Assembly: GCA_963708295.1 (NCBI GenBank)
Contig: CAVPSJ010000013.1
Coordinates: 224,001-288,000 of the forward strand
Direction of reading: 5' to 3'
Source: an uncultured delta proteobacterium
Lineage (GTDB): Bacteria; Desulfobacterota; BSN033; UBA1163
Length of the DNA: 64,000 bases
This document shows positions 18,651 to 28,815 of the stretch, in pieces. Position 1 is the stretch's first letter; the number at the start of each line of letters is the position of its first letter. A program made the translations under genes and the position numbers. The notes beneath the pieces are model-generated. The model did not search any database. It saw only the letters and a program-made list of their open reading frames with translations, and had not been told where the DNA came from.

Positions 18651-20921
18651 TCAGCGCTTATCTTTTTCTTTTGCACCCGTGTGAGGAGCGTTTGAGGGAT
18701 CTCCCTGAGGTCGGCCCTGCGGAGGAGGAGCGGTTGGCTGCCCCACATGCGGCGGAGCGACACCCATATTCCTCTGTAAAGATGGTCCAGCGGGTGCTTT
18801 GGGTGTGGGAGGCACCGGTCTGGTCATCTGAGCAGGGGGAGTGGGCTGCGGTCTACTTGCAGAGGGTGTGAGCATCCTCACCTGTCCAGGAGGATTAAGC
18901 TCCTTCCGCTGCGCAGGAGGTGTACTCGATGGCCCCGGGTGTTGAGGGGCGACACCGAATTCCCGGTGAGTGGAAGGCGCAGAGGTCCCGGCGGTTTGTC
19001 CCTTCTGCGGAGAGGGCGTTACAGTCTCTTTCGTCTGCACCGGAGGTGCGGGTTTGCTCATTTGTCCGGAAGGACCCAACTCCTTTCTCTGCGCGGGAGG
19101 TGTACTCGATGGCCCCGGGTGTTGAGGGGCGACACCGAATTCCCGGTGAGTGGAAGGCGCAGAGGTCCCGGCGGTTTGTCCCTTCTGCGGAGAGGGCGTT
19201 ACAGTCTCTTTCGTCTGCATCGGAGGTGTGGGTTTGCTCATTTGTCCGGAAGGACCCAACTCCTTTCTCTGTGCGGGAGAGGGACTCGATGGGCCCTGGT
19301 GTTGCGGAGCAACTCCGAATTCCCTTTGCGTCGACGGCCCACCAGGTTGTTCGCTCCGTGCAAGGGGTGGACTGACCTCTTTTCTTTCCGCAGGAGCTTT
19401 ACCCGCATCTCCTCTTTGAACTGGAGATTTCCCTGGTTCTGGCTTCTGAACTGAGGTGATCGGCTTTGGCCGTTCGATTCTATTCACACGCATCGACGTC
19501 GCCCGCTCACCCGGCTTGAATACAGAAATATCGTTATGAACAGCAACCGGTCTATTTCTAATCTTCTCTGCCCTTGTTACGATCTCCCTTGAGGGTAATT
19601 TCTTTTCCGCAACGACCCTGGTAGGATTTGGAAAAGCGGTTGCTCTGTCAGGTTTAATATCAGGCCTCCCAATGGATGGTTTCACCCCGGCCGTAAATGG
19701 ATTTTTGGGAGCATCCATCACTCTTTCAGCTCTACCGGTGATGAAAGTTCGACGATTCACCACGGTCACCGCATTCACAACCTTAGCATTCACATGGACA
19801 TTGGTGATATTGATCCTGTTGATATTCACATTTGTAATATTCACGCTATGAGGTCCGTAATAGCCGTGTCCGTAGTAGATTTCCCTCGGAGCAAGTGGAA
19901 CCCATGAGACGTAGGTCGGAGTATTGATCCACGCGACAAATCCAGGACCCCAATAGACAGCCGTCGATGGGGGTGGTACCCAACACCAGCCGGTCTCCCG
20001 GATGAATGCCCATCGTCCGTAATGATAAGGAACCCAGCCCCACGGTTCATAGGACACCCAGACATAGTCGCCTCCAATCCAGCACCATCTTCCTACGCGG
20101 TATGGAGCCCAATCAGCGACCACTCCGACCGGGGTCCACACATAGCCGTAATCAGCCGTATTTATCCAGCGACCATGGACATCCAAATCATTGCTGTTGA
20201 AGCCGAGGGGTGCTGGCAGATACCGTCTGCTTTCCCCCGCTCGTGCCAGGGCAGAATCTCTTGACAGGTTCCAGCTTACCCAGGAATCCTCCGGCCTCAT
20301 AGCGGAGAGCTCGGCATTCTGATTCGAATCTATCGAGAGCATGGTGCCTGCTCCAACCTGAGTTTCCCCATTTTGACCCTGGACATAAACACTGCCACGA
20401 TGAACAGAGACTTCGGTCGTTCCGTCGCTATAGGTGTCCACCTGAAACTTAGAAGGTTCATACGCCATGATCGAGGTGACTGGGGTATCGACTTGAAATA
20501 CCGAGTCTCGAACGTCCGAACCTGCATAGTTTATGTATGATCTTCCCTGAGGAACTCCAACTTGGATCACGTCGCCGTTGCTTCCCATGCTAAGATTCGT
20601 AATATCCACTTCAGTATTTTCACTCGCTCGCAAAGAAGAGCCGCCAAAAAACTGGATCTCTGAGCGCCCATTTTCCGGATCCCAGATCTTTGTTCCCGAT
20701 ATCAGAGGAGTATTGATAGCTGCCGCTCCCCATTCGCTTCCGGTATCTTCCGTTTGAATGGCAACGTCACCCTGCATCAGGCTCAATCTTGCATCGCCAA
20801 GGGCTTGAGCTCGCTCGGATGGGGACGAAGGCAGCGCCACGGCGAATCGGACCGGTACAAATGAGATAAACACCCAGGACAAAAAGATCAATCCACTCAG
20901 TCTGACTAATTTTCTCATCAA
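18651..20921 (-). CDS. Secreted FecR-like + DUF6600 domain protein with Pro-rich repetitive tail
   Basis: Signal peptide; ARLSLMQGDV FecR-like start; WAPY..GRW, WVSYEPWGWVPYHYGRW; P/Q/T-rich C-terminus. Confidence 0.85.
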   Translation of the reverse strand: MMRKLVRLSGLIFLSWVFISFVPVRFAVALPSSPSERAQALGDARLSLMQGDVAIQTEDTGSEWGAAAINTPLISGTKIWDPENGRSEIQFFGGSSLRASENTEVDITNLSMGSNGDVIQVGVPQGRSYINYAGSDVRDSVFQVDTPVTSIMAYEPSKFQVDTYSDGTTEVSVHRGSVYVQGQNGETQVGAGTMLSIDSNQNAELSAMRPEDSWVSWNLSRDSALARAGESRRYLPAPLGFNSNDLDVHGRWINTADYGYVWTPVGVVADWAPYRVGRWCWIGGDYVWVSYEPWGWVPYHYGRWAFIRETGWCWVPPPSTAVYWGPGFVAWINTPTYVSWVPLAPREIYYGHGYYGPHSVNITNVNINRINITNVHVNAKVVNAVTVVNRRTFITGRAERVMDAPKNPFTAGVKPSIGRPDIKPDRATAFPNPTRVVAEKKLPSREIVTRAEKIRNRPVAVHNDISVFKPGERATSMRVNRIERPKPITSVQKPEPGKSPVQRGDAGKAPAERKEVSPPLARSEQPGGPSTQREFGVAPQHQGPSSPSPAQRKELGPSGQMSKPTPPMQTKETVTPSPQKGQTAGTSAPSTHREFGVAPQHPGPSSTPPAQRKELGPSGQMSKPAPPVQTKETVTPSPQKGQTAGTSAPSTHREFGVAPQHPGPSSTPPAQRKELNPPGQVRMLTPSASRPQPTPPAQMTRPVPPTPKAPAGPSLQRNMGVAPPHVGQPTAPPPQGRPQGDPSNAPHTGAKEKDKR
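18901..19330. repeat. 180-bp tandem repeat (two near-identical copies plus a partial diverged copy) inside the DUF6600 gene
   Basis: 18901-19080 and 19081-19260 nearly identical; encodes a 60-aa repeat (HREFGVAPQHPGPSSTPPAQRKEL...). Confidence 0.95.
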
Positions 20922-20999
20922 TAAAGCACCTCCTTTCCCGTAACACTTCTTCCTTTTTCTTCTTCTTTATTGGGTTAGACGGAAAAGGTAGAAAAAAAT

Positions 21000-21167
21000 T
21001 CAAGTCCAGGGTTGATGATTCGCGGGAAGATTGGATTGCTGGAGCGAAGAGTGTCTGTGCCAATGCCCACGATGGTGATAACCTCCGTCCCTAACAAAAA
21101 CGGCGCAGCCGGATAAGAAAAATAAAACTGAAATGATCGTCAATATATTAGAAAATCGATTGCTCAT
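21000..21167 (-). CDS. Small His-rich lipoprotein
   Basis: SD AAAGGAG; lipobox LSGC; mature part CAVFVRDGGYHHRGHWHRH. Confidence 0.6.
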   Translation of the reverse strand: MSNRFSNILTIISVLFFLSGCAVFVRDGGYHHRGHWHRHSSLQQSNLPANHQPWT

Positions 21168-21536
21168 ACGATCATCTCCTTTCGGAAACACTTTATCAAC
21201 CTGCCGGCTTCAATTTCAGCCTTAATAAAATTGTTAATCATCGACAAATGGAATTTTAAGCGTCTTCGGTCGAAGGCTATGATATTATTAGAAATAATGT
21301 TTAGGGTGATTCGCATGAAGAAAGAATTAGGCCAGAAAATCTTACCTCTCTCGGTTTTGTCTGTAGGAGGCAAATGTAAGTATGAAGATTTCACAATTTC
21401 TATTCGGGGCGTCGGCCCCGGAAGAATTAAAAAGTTTCTAAGGAACCTTGAAAAATAGTTGATGTCAAGATAAAGTTGAGTGGTCGTTATTAAGGCTTGG
21501 GCAGGAAAAATTCCTGAGAAGGTTCGGAGGATTATT

Positions 21537-22664
21537 CTGAAGACCGCCTTCGTCTACACAGATGCTTATCTCAATTATGATTACGGGCCTACCCATCCCT
21601 TTCGGATCATCCGGCTCAAATTGACTCACGATCTGATCAAAGCTTATGGCCTCCTAGCCCTCCCCTCCGTTCAATCCATTTCGGCGATTCAAGCTGAAGA
21701 GAAAGATTTGGCCGCTTTCCACGGGGAGGAATACCTGAGTATATTGAAGCATGCAAACGGCGGACGTCTAACGGGGAATGCTTGTTTCCTTGGGCTGGGA
21801 CCAGGGGATAACCCCATTTTCCCGGGAGTCTATGATTTTTCACTTCTGGTGACTGGAGCGACTCTTCAGGCAGTTGATTTTGTAGCTGATGGAAAAGGGG
21901 ATGTCGCTTTTAATATCGCCGGAGGTCTTCACCATGCGATGAAGTCACGGGCTTCCGGATTCTGTTATATCAATGATCCTGTGATCGGAATCATGAGACT
22001 GTTGAGCCGGGGGAAGAGGGTGGCTTATATTGATATCGATGCTCATCACGGAGATGGGGTGCAAAGGGCGTTTTACGAGACCAATCAGGTTCTCACCATC
22101 TCGCTCCATGAGACCGGACACACGCTGTTTCCAGGAACGGGCTTTGAGCATGAGATCGGAGAAGGGGAGGGAGAGGGGTATGCTGTCAATCTTCCTTTCC
22201 CTCATGAAACGGACGATGACGTCTATGTTTGGGCCTTTGAGGAAGTCGTTCCCGAACTCATCCACGCCTTCAATCCGGATGTCGTGGTGACTCAATTGGG
22301 GGTCGATACGTTTTATAATGATCCTCTGACAAACCTTCATTTATCCATTTTTGGGTATGAAAGGGTTCTTAAGAAGATCAAGGAGCTGGCACCACGATGG
22401 GTTGCGTTAGGGGGAGGGGGGTACAATATCTCTAATGTCGCACGTGCCTGGACATTGGCCTGGGCGGTGATGAATGGGGTCGAGTTGAGAGAGGACCTTC
22501 CAGAGTCTTTTTCCAAAGAAGCAGAAAAAACGGGAGTAAGAGAGAGAGAGTTAAGGGGAAGCCCGGAAAATTCTCCGCCTAGTCTGAATGAGGAGAACAG
22601 GCGGGAGATGGAAAGAGTCGTCCATCATATAAAAGAGAAGGTTTTTCCGAAGGTTAAACACTAA
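21537..22664 (+). CDS. acuC: Acetoin utilization protein AcuC / HDAC-family deacetylase
   Basis: AGGLHHA, SGFCYIND, YIDIDAHHGDG, GVD..DPL, GGGGY; start uncertain (CTG 21537 after GGAGG, or GTG 21480). Confidence 0.92.
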   Translation: MKTAFVYTDAYLNYDYGPTHPFRIIRLKLTHDLIKAYGLLALPSVQSISAIQAEEKDLAAFHGEEYLSILKHANGGRLTGNACFLGLGPGDNPIFPGVYDFSLLVTGATLQAVDFVADGKGDVAFNIAGGLHHAMKSRASGFCYINDPVIGIMRLLSRGKRVAYIDIDAHHGDGVQRAFYETNQVLTISLHETGHTLFPGTGFEHEIGEGEGEGYAVNLPFPHETDDDVYVWAFEEVVPELIHAFNPDVVVTQLGVDTFYNDPLTNLHLSIFGYERVLKKIKELAPRWVALGGGGYNISNVARAWTLAWAVMNGVELREDLPESFSKEAEKTGVRERELRGSPENSPPSLNEENRREMERVVHHIKEKVFPKVKH

Positions 22665-22687
22665 TCTTGGAACTCCCTCCCTGAAAT

Positions 22688-22704
22688 TTGGCACGCCTTT
22701 TGCT
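22688..22704 (+). promoter_or_regulatory. Sigma-54 (-24/-12) promoter upstream of the apgM-pyrG-lpt-rpoN operon
   Basis: TTGGCACGCCTTTTGCT, consensus TGGCACG-N4-TTGC. Confidence 0.75.
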
Positions 22705-22774
22705 TTCTATGGGCCATTTCCATTTGACATTTGTAAGTTTTTAGTATATTTAGAAATTTCGGGGATGGCAGGAA

Positions 22775-24019
22775 ATGTCTGAAATGGTGAAATATGTTAT
22801 TCTTGTCGGGGACGGCATGGCGGATTATCCGGTGGAGAGATTGGGAGGGAGGACTCCACTGATGGCAGCCCGAACCCCGAACATGGATTGGATGGCGAAT
22901 CAAGGGGAGATCGGCCTTGTCAGGACCGTTCCTTTCGGGTTTAACCCGGGTAGCGAGATTGCTAACCTTTCTATTTTTGGGTATGATCCTGCCCGCTATT
23001 ATACCGGGAGAGGGCCTCTTGAAGCTGCTAGCCTCCATGTCAATCTTACAGCTGTCGATATAGCCTTTCGATGCAATCTGATTACCCTGAAGTTCCAGGG
23101 AAATGAAATCGTGATGGAAGATTTCTCTGCCGGGCACATTTCCAATGAGGAGGCAAGGAAAATCATCGCCGACTTAAACAAAGAGATGGGAACGAATGAG
23201 ATTCAATTCCATGCAGGAGTGAGCTATCGGCATTTGATGGTCCTAAAGAATGGAGTGGCCAAATTCACAAACCTGGAGAAACTGGAACTTACACCCCCTC
23301 ACGACATCATCGGCAAGGAAATATCCCCCTTCTTACCCAAAACGGAGGAACCCGTCCTGAGGCTGACGAAGGAGTCTCACAGGCTTCTCAAGAGTCACCC
23401 TGTCAATGAGGCCCGTAAAGCCAAAGGGCTCCCTCCTGCCAATTCCATTTGGCTCTGGGGGCAGGGATGTTCACCCCGCATGGTGACTCTTAAGGAACGG
23501 TTCGGGATGGATGGCTATGTGATCTCGGCAGTCCACCTGATCAAGGGGATTGGCATGTTAGCAGGCCTGGAAGTGCTGGAGGTCCCCGGGGCCACAGGAT
23601 TCTTTGATACCAATTATGATGGGAAGGCTCAATATGCTCTGAGAGGTTTAAGGGAAAAGGATTTTGTTTATGTCCACGTCGAAGCCCCGGACGAAGCAGG
23701 CCACATGGGGGATCTTCAAGTGAAGATGGATGCCATCGAGGCCTTTGACGAGAAGATCGTCGGGGCGATCTTGGAAGGGATGAAGCATTTCGAACAGTAT
23801 AAGGTCCTGGTCCTGCCCGACCATCCGACGCCCCTTTCCGTCAGGTCGCACACCGTCGATCCGGTTCCGTACGTTATTTATTCCAGCGAAGACGGGGTCC
23901 ATTCCGCACACGGAAAGGGAAAGAGGTTTGATGAACTTTCGGCGGGGCAGTCCGGAATCTTCATTGAGAAGGGTCATCAATTGATCGAAAGATTTTTTGA
24001 GCCCCGTGCTTTGTGTTGA
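22775..24019 (+). CDS. apgM: Cofactor-independent phosphoglycerate mutase (ApgM type)
   Basis: GDGMAD, TPL..A.TP, PGSEIAN, YTGRGPLEAAS, HVEAPDEAGH, PDHPTP. Confidence 0.92.
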   Translation: MSEMVKYVILVGDGMADYPVERLGGRTPLMAARTPNMDWMANQGEIGLVRTVPFGFNPGSEIANLSIFGYDPARYYTGRGPLEAASLHVNLTAVDIAFRCNLITLKFQGNEIVMEDFSAGHISNEEARKIIADLNKEMGTNEIQFHAGVSYRHLMVLKNGVAKFTNLEKLELTPPHDIIGKEISPFLPKTEEPVLRLTKESHRLLKSHPVNEARKAKGLPPANSIWLWGQGCSPRMVTLKERFGMDGYVISAVHLIKGIGMLAGLEVLEVPGATGFFDTNYDGKAQYALRGLREKDFVYVHVEAPDEAGHMGDLQVKMDAIEAFDEKIVGAILEGMKHFEQYKVLVLPDHPTPLSVRSHTVDPVPYVIYSSEDGVHSAHGKGKRFDELSAGQSGIFIEKGHQLIERFFEPRALC

Positions 24020-24029
24020 AGGAAGGTAG

Positions 24030-25730
<1,701 letters not shown>

Positions 25731-25752
25731 ACAAAGAAGAGAGGACAAAGGA

Positions 25753-26721
25753 TTGGATATTCTGAAGGAGGCCAGGCGAGTCTTAAAGGTCGAGGCCCAA
25801 TCCCTTCTCGATTTGGCAGAACGGATTGACGACAATTTTTCACGCGCGGTCGAGTTGCTCTATCACTGTAAGGGGAAAGTAGTGGTCATGGGCATGGGAA
25901 AATCGGGGCTCGTAGGCCGGAAGATCTCCTCCACATTCGCCAGCACAGGAACCCCATCCTTTTTCCTTCATCCCGCAGAAGGAGTGAATGGCGACTTTGG
26001 GATGTTGGCGAAGGAGGATGTGATCATCGCCATCTCCAAAAGCGGGGAAACTCGAGAGCTTTTAGAGGTTCTGCCTCTGATCAAGCGATACGGAAATCGA
26101 TTGATCACGTTCACTGGAAACATCGACTCTCGCCTGGCAAGGGCGGGAGATGTTACGCTTGATATTCGTGTGAAAGAGGAAGCCTGTCCTTTGAATTTGG
26201 CTCCCACGACCAGTACCACAGCCACCCTTGCTCTGGGAGATGCTTTAGCCATCGCTCTCATGGGGAAGCGGGATTTCAAGAAAGAAGATTTTGCCATGCT
26301 CCACCCGGGCGGGGCATTGGGGAAGAGGCTCCTTCTCAAGGTGGAAGACCTGATGCACGCGGGAAAGGCCTTTCCGATGGTATCCGAAAGAACGCTGATG
26401 AAAGAGGCCATCTTTGAGATTACTTCAAAAAGATTAGGGGTGACGGGAGTCTGCAACGCGGAAGGGTATTTGGTGGGGGTGATTACGGACGGGGATCTGA
26501 GGCGAGCTTTAGAAAAATTCAGCGATCTCTTTGAGCGAGAAACTTCTGAAGTGATGACGAAAAACCCAAAATGGATTGAAAAAGACGAGCTGGCGGCGAG
26601 GGCCGTGCAGCGGATGGAGGAGTATTCGATTACTTCCCTTTTTGTCTTCGAAAAAGCAGGGGACAAAATACCCAGGGGGATTATTCATCTTCATGATCTT
26701 CTAAAAGCGGGCGTCGTGTGA
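25753..26721 (+). CDS. kdsD: Arabinose-5-phosphate isomerase (KpsF/GutQ, SIS + CBS)
   Basis: GMGKSG, STGTP.FFLHPAE, EACPLNLAPTTST, HPGGALGK, TDGDLRR, HLHDLL. Confidence 0.95.
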   Translation: MDILKEARRVLKVEAQSLLDLAERIDDNFSRAVELLYHCKGKVVVMGMGKSGLVGRKISSTFASTGTPSFFLHPAEGVNGDFGMLAKEDVIIAISKSGETRELLEVLPLIKRYGNRLITFTGNIDSRLARAGDVTLDIRVKEEACPLNLAPTTSTTATLALGDALAIALMGKRDFKKEDFAMLHPGGALGKRLLLKVEDLMHAGKAFPMVSERTLMKEAIFEITSKRLGVTGVCNAEGYLVGVITDGDLRRALEKFSDLFERETSEVMTKNPKWIEKDELAARAVQRMEEYSITSLFVFEKAGDKIPRGIIHLHDLLKAGVV

Positions 26722-26791
26722 CAAGCTCAAAGCTCGAGGGCGACGATATTCCGTTAAAACTTTCAACATTGAGCCTTGAGCAGGATAGTTA

Positions 26792-27358
26792 ATGATGAGA
26801 AAAACGAAGATCGTCATCTTATTATTGATCGTGTTGATCGGAGGCGTGGTTCTGGTCAGTCTTCGAGCAAACCTTCGGTCGAGAAAGGCTTCGGAAGCCG
26901 TGGAGAAGGTGTCCACCCAAGGGGCGGACATGCAACTGAAAAAGATTCGGTTTGTGGAGGATAAACAGGGTCAGAAGACTTGGGAATTGGAGGCAGAATC
27001 TGTCAACCAGTACCAGGAACAGAACATCCTGGTCCTGGAGGACGTGAAGCTCACCTTTTATGCGAAAGAGGGACGAATCATCTATCTTACCGGGAAACAA
27101 GGGAAGGTATACCAGGACTCGAAAAATGTGGACTTGACGGGGGATGTAGTGCTCACCTCGAGTGACGGATATCAGCTCAAGACCCATTCCGCTTCCTATC
27201 GCCATTCGGAGAAGGTGGTGACTACCTCCGATCCTGTGGAGATCGACGGGGAGCAGATTCAATTAACGGGTAAGGGGATGCTCGTCAATGTGGAAGCCAA
27301 GACGTTTAAGATTCTCAGTCAGGTGAAGACCCACCTGAGAGGGAGAAAAAAGATATGA
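26792..27358 (+). CDS. lptC: LPS export protein LptC
   Basis: N-terminal TM, WEL.AE, beta-jellyroll-like pattern; position before lptA. Confidence 0.88.
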   Translation: MMRKTKIVILLLIVLIGGVVLVSLRANLRSRKASEAVEKVSTQGADMQLKKIRFVEDKQGQKTWELEAESVNQYQEQNILVLEDVKLTFYAKEGRIIYLTGKQGKVYQDSKNVDLTGDVVLTSSDGYQLKTHSASYRHSEKVVTTSDPVEIDGEQIQLTGKGMLVNVEAKTFKILSQVKTHLRGRKKI

Positions 27359-27933
27359 ACCGGAGCGGGAGAGTCGGTTTACTCGTCATTCTGCTCTCCC
27401 TTTTTCTCATTTTCATTTCGGAGGCGCAGGAAAAATCAGTAAAGGGTGGAGAGAGGGCGCTGAATGTCGGCAAGGGGTTTGGATTTACTGCCAGCCGTTC
27501 CCCCATCGATATCACCTCAGACACGGTGGAGGCAGACGGGAAACAGAACACGGCGACATTCAAGGGAAATGTGGTAGCCAAACAGGAAGACGTGACGCTT
27601 TATGCCCATACACTCCTCATCATCTATGATCCTGACACGAAAAAGCTGAAGGAGATTGTGGCGACGGGCAACGTCAAGGTCGTCCAACTGGACCGCCGGG
27701 CAACCGGCCAAAAAATGACCTTTGATCAGGATAAGAACAAAGTGGTTCTGGACGGAGATGCAGTGGTTCGTGAAGGAATGAATGTCATTCGGGGAGAGCG
27801 AATCACCTTCTACGTCGAGGAGGAAAGAAGCGTGGTGGAGCCGACAAAAGGGGGGCGTGTCAGCACGAGCATTACTCCCCCGGCCAAAGAGGAAGGGGAA
27901 GAGAAAAAACCGAAAGAGGGGAAGAAAAAATAG
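27355..27933 (+). CDS. lptA: LPS transport periplasmic protein LptA
   Basis: Signal peptide, PIDITSD, ATFKGNV, ATGNV, IRGERI. Confidence 0.92.
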   Translation: MNRSGRVGLLVILLSLFLIFISEAQEKSVKGGERALNVGKGFGFTASRSPIDITSDTVEADGKQNTATFKGNVVAKQEDVTLYAHTLLIIYDPDTKKLKEIVATGNVKVVQLDRRATGQKMTFDQDKNKVVLDGDAVVREGMNVIRGERITFYVEEERSVVEPTKGGRVSTSITPPAKEEGEEKKPKEGKKK

Positions 27934-28020
27934 TTTTGAGTGATGCGTTCGAAGTCAAGAGTTAGAACAAAGATGTAAAAAATGAACACTCCGAACCCCG
28001 AACGGTCAGCAGGGAGAAAG

Positions 28021-28740
28021 ATGCCGCATATTTTATGTGAGAATTTAACGAAGTCTTTTCGTCGTAAGAAAGTGGTGGATTGCGTGAATATCAAGATCCA
28101 GGGCGGAGAAGTCGTGGGATTACTGGGACCGAATGGGGCAGGAAAGACCACCACGTTTTACATGATCGTCGGGCTGTATCAACCTAATGGCGGGAAGATC
28201 TATCTCAACGACGAAGAGATTACTTCCCTTCCAATGTATTTGCGGGCGCGAAAGGGGATTGGATACCTTCCTCAGGAGCCGTCGGTTTTCAGAAAACTGA
28301 CGACCGAAGAGAATCTGATGGCGATTTTGGAGACACTCCCTCTCTCCCACGGGGAGCGAAAAAAACGGTTGGAGAAATTCTTGGAGGAATTGGGGCTTAC
28401 CTCCCTGCGTAAACAAAAGGCTTATGTTCTTTCAGGAGGAGAGCGCAGGCGCGTGGAGATTACGCGAGCCCTGGTGCTCTCGCCTTCTTTCATCCTATTA
28501 GATGAACCTTTTTCCGGGATTGATCCGATCGCCGTGTTAGATATTCAGGCCATCATCCGCCAATTGAAATCAAAAGGAATTGGGATTATAATAACAGATC
28601 ACAACGTTCGAGAAACATTGGGCGTTTGTGATCGAGCGTATATCCTCAACGAAGGACGAATCTTGGAAGAAGGAATTCCCGAAAAGATTGCTCAGAGCGA
28701 GAAGGCAAGAAAGATCTATTTGGGGGATGGGTTCGAGTTG
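28021..28740 (+). CDS. lptB: LPS export ABC ATPase LptB (no stop codon; reads in frame into rpoN)
   Basis: GLLGPNGAGKTTTFYM, YLPQEPSVFRKL, LSGGERRRVEI, LLDEPFSGIDP, ITDHNVRETL, YLGDGFEL. Confidence 0.95.
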
Positions 28741-28815
28741 GGGGGAAGGCGCCGCAGCGAGGAAGATAAGAAAAAGGAGATAGGTCTCCCGGCATCAGGG
28801 AGATATAGGAGTGAG

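Noticed and set aside
18590-18763. N-terminal part of the 213-aa PLD ORF as a real start
   Set aside because: Overlaps the DUF6600 gene end and runs through its terminator; PLD similarity begins only near 18589.
18901-19330. Possible CRISPR array
   Set aside because: 180-bp contiguous in-frame coding repeats with no unique spacers and no cas genes.
21164-21458. Two overlapping 75-76 aa ORFs in the AT-rich gap
   Set aside because: No motifs or convincing SD; more likely a divergent promoter region.
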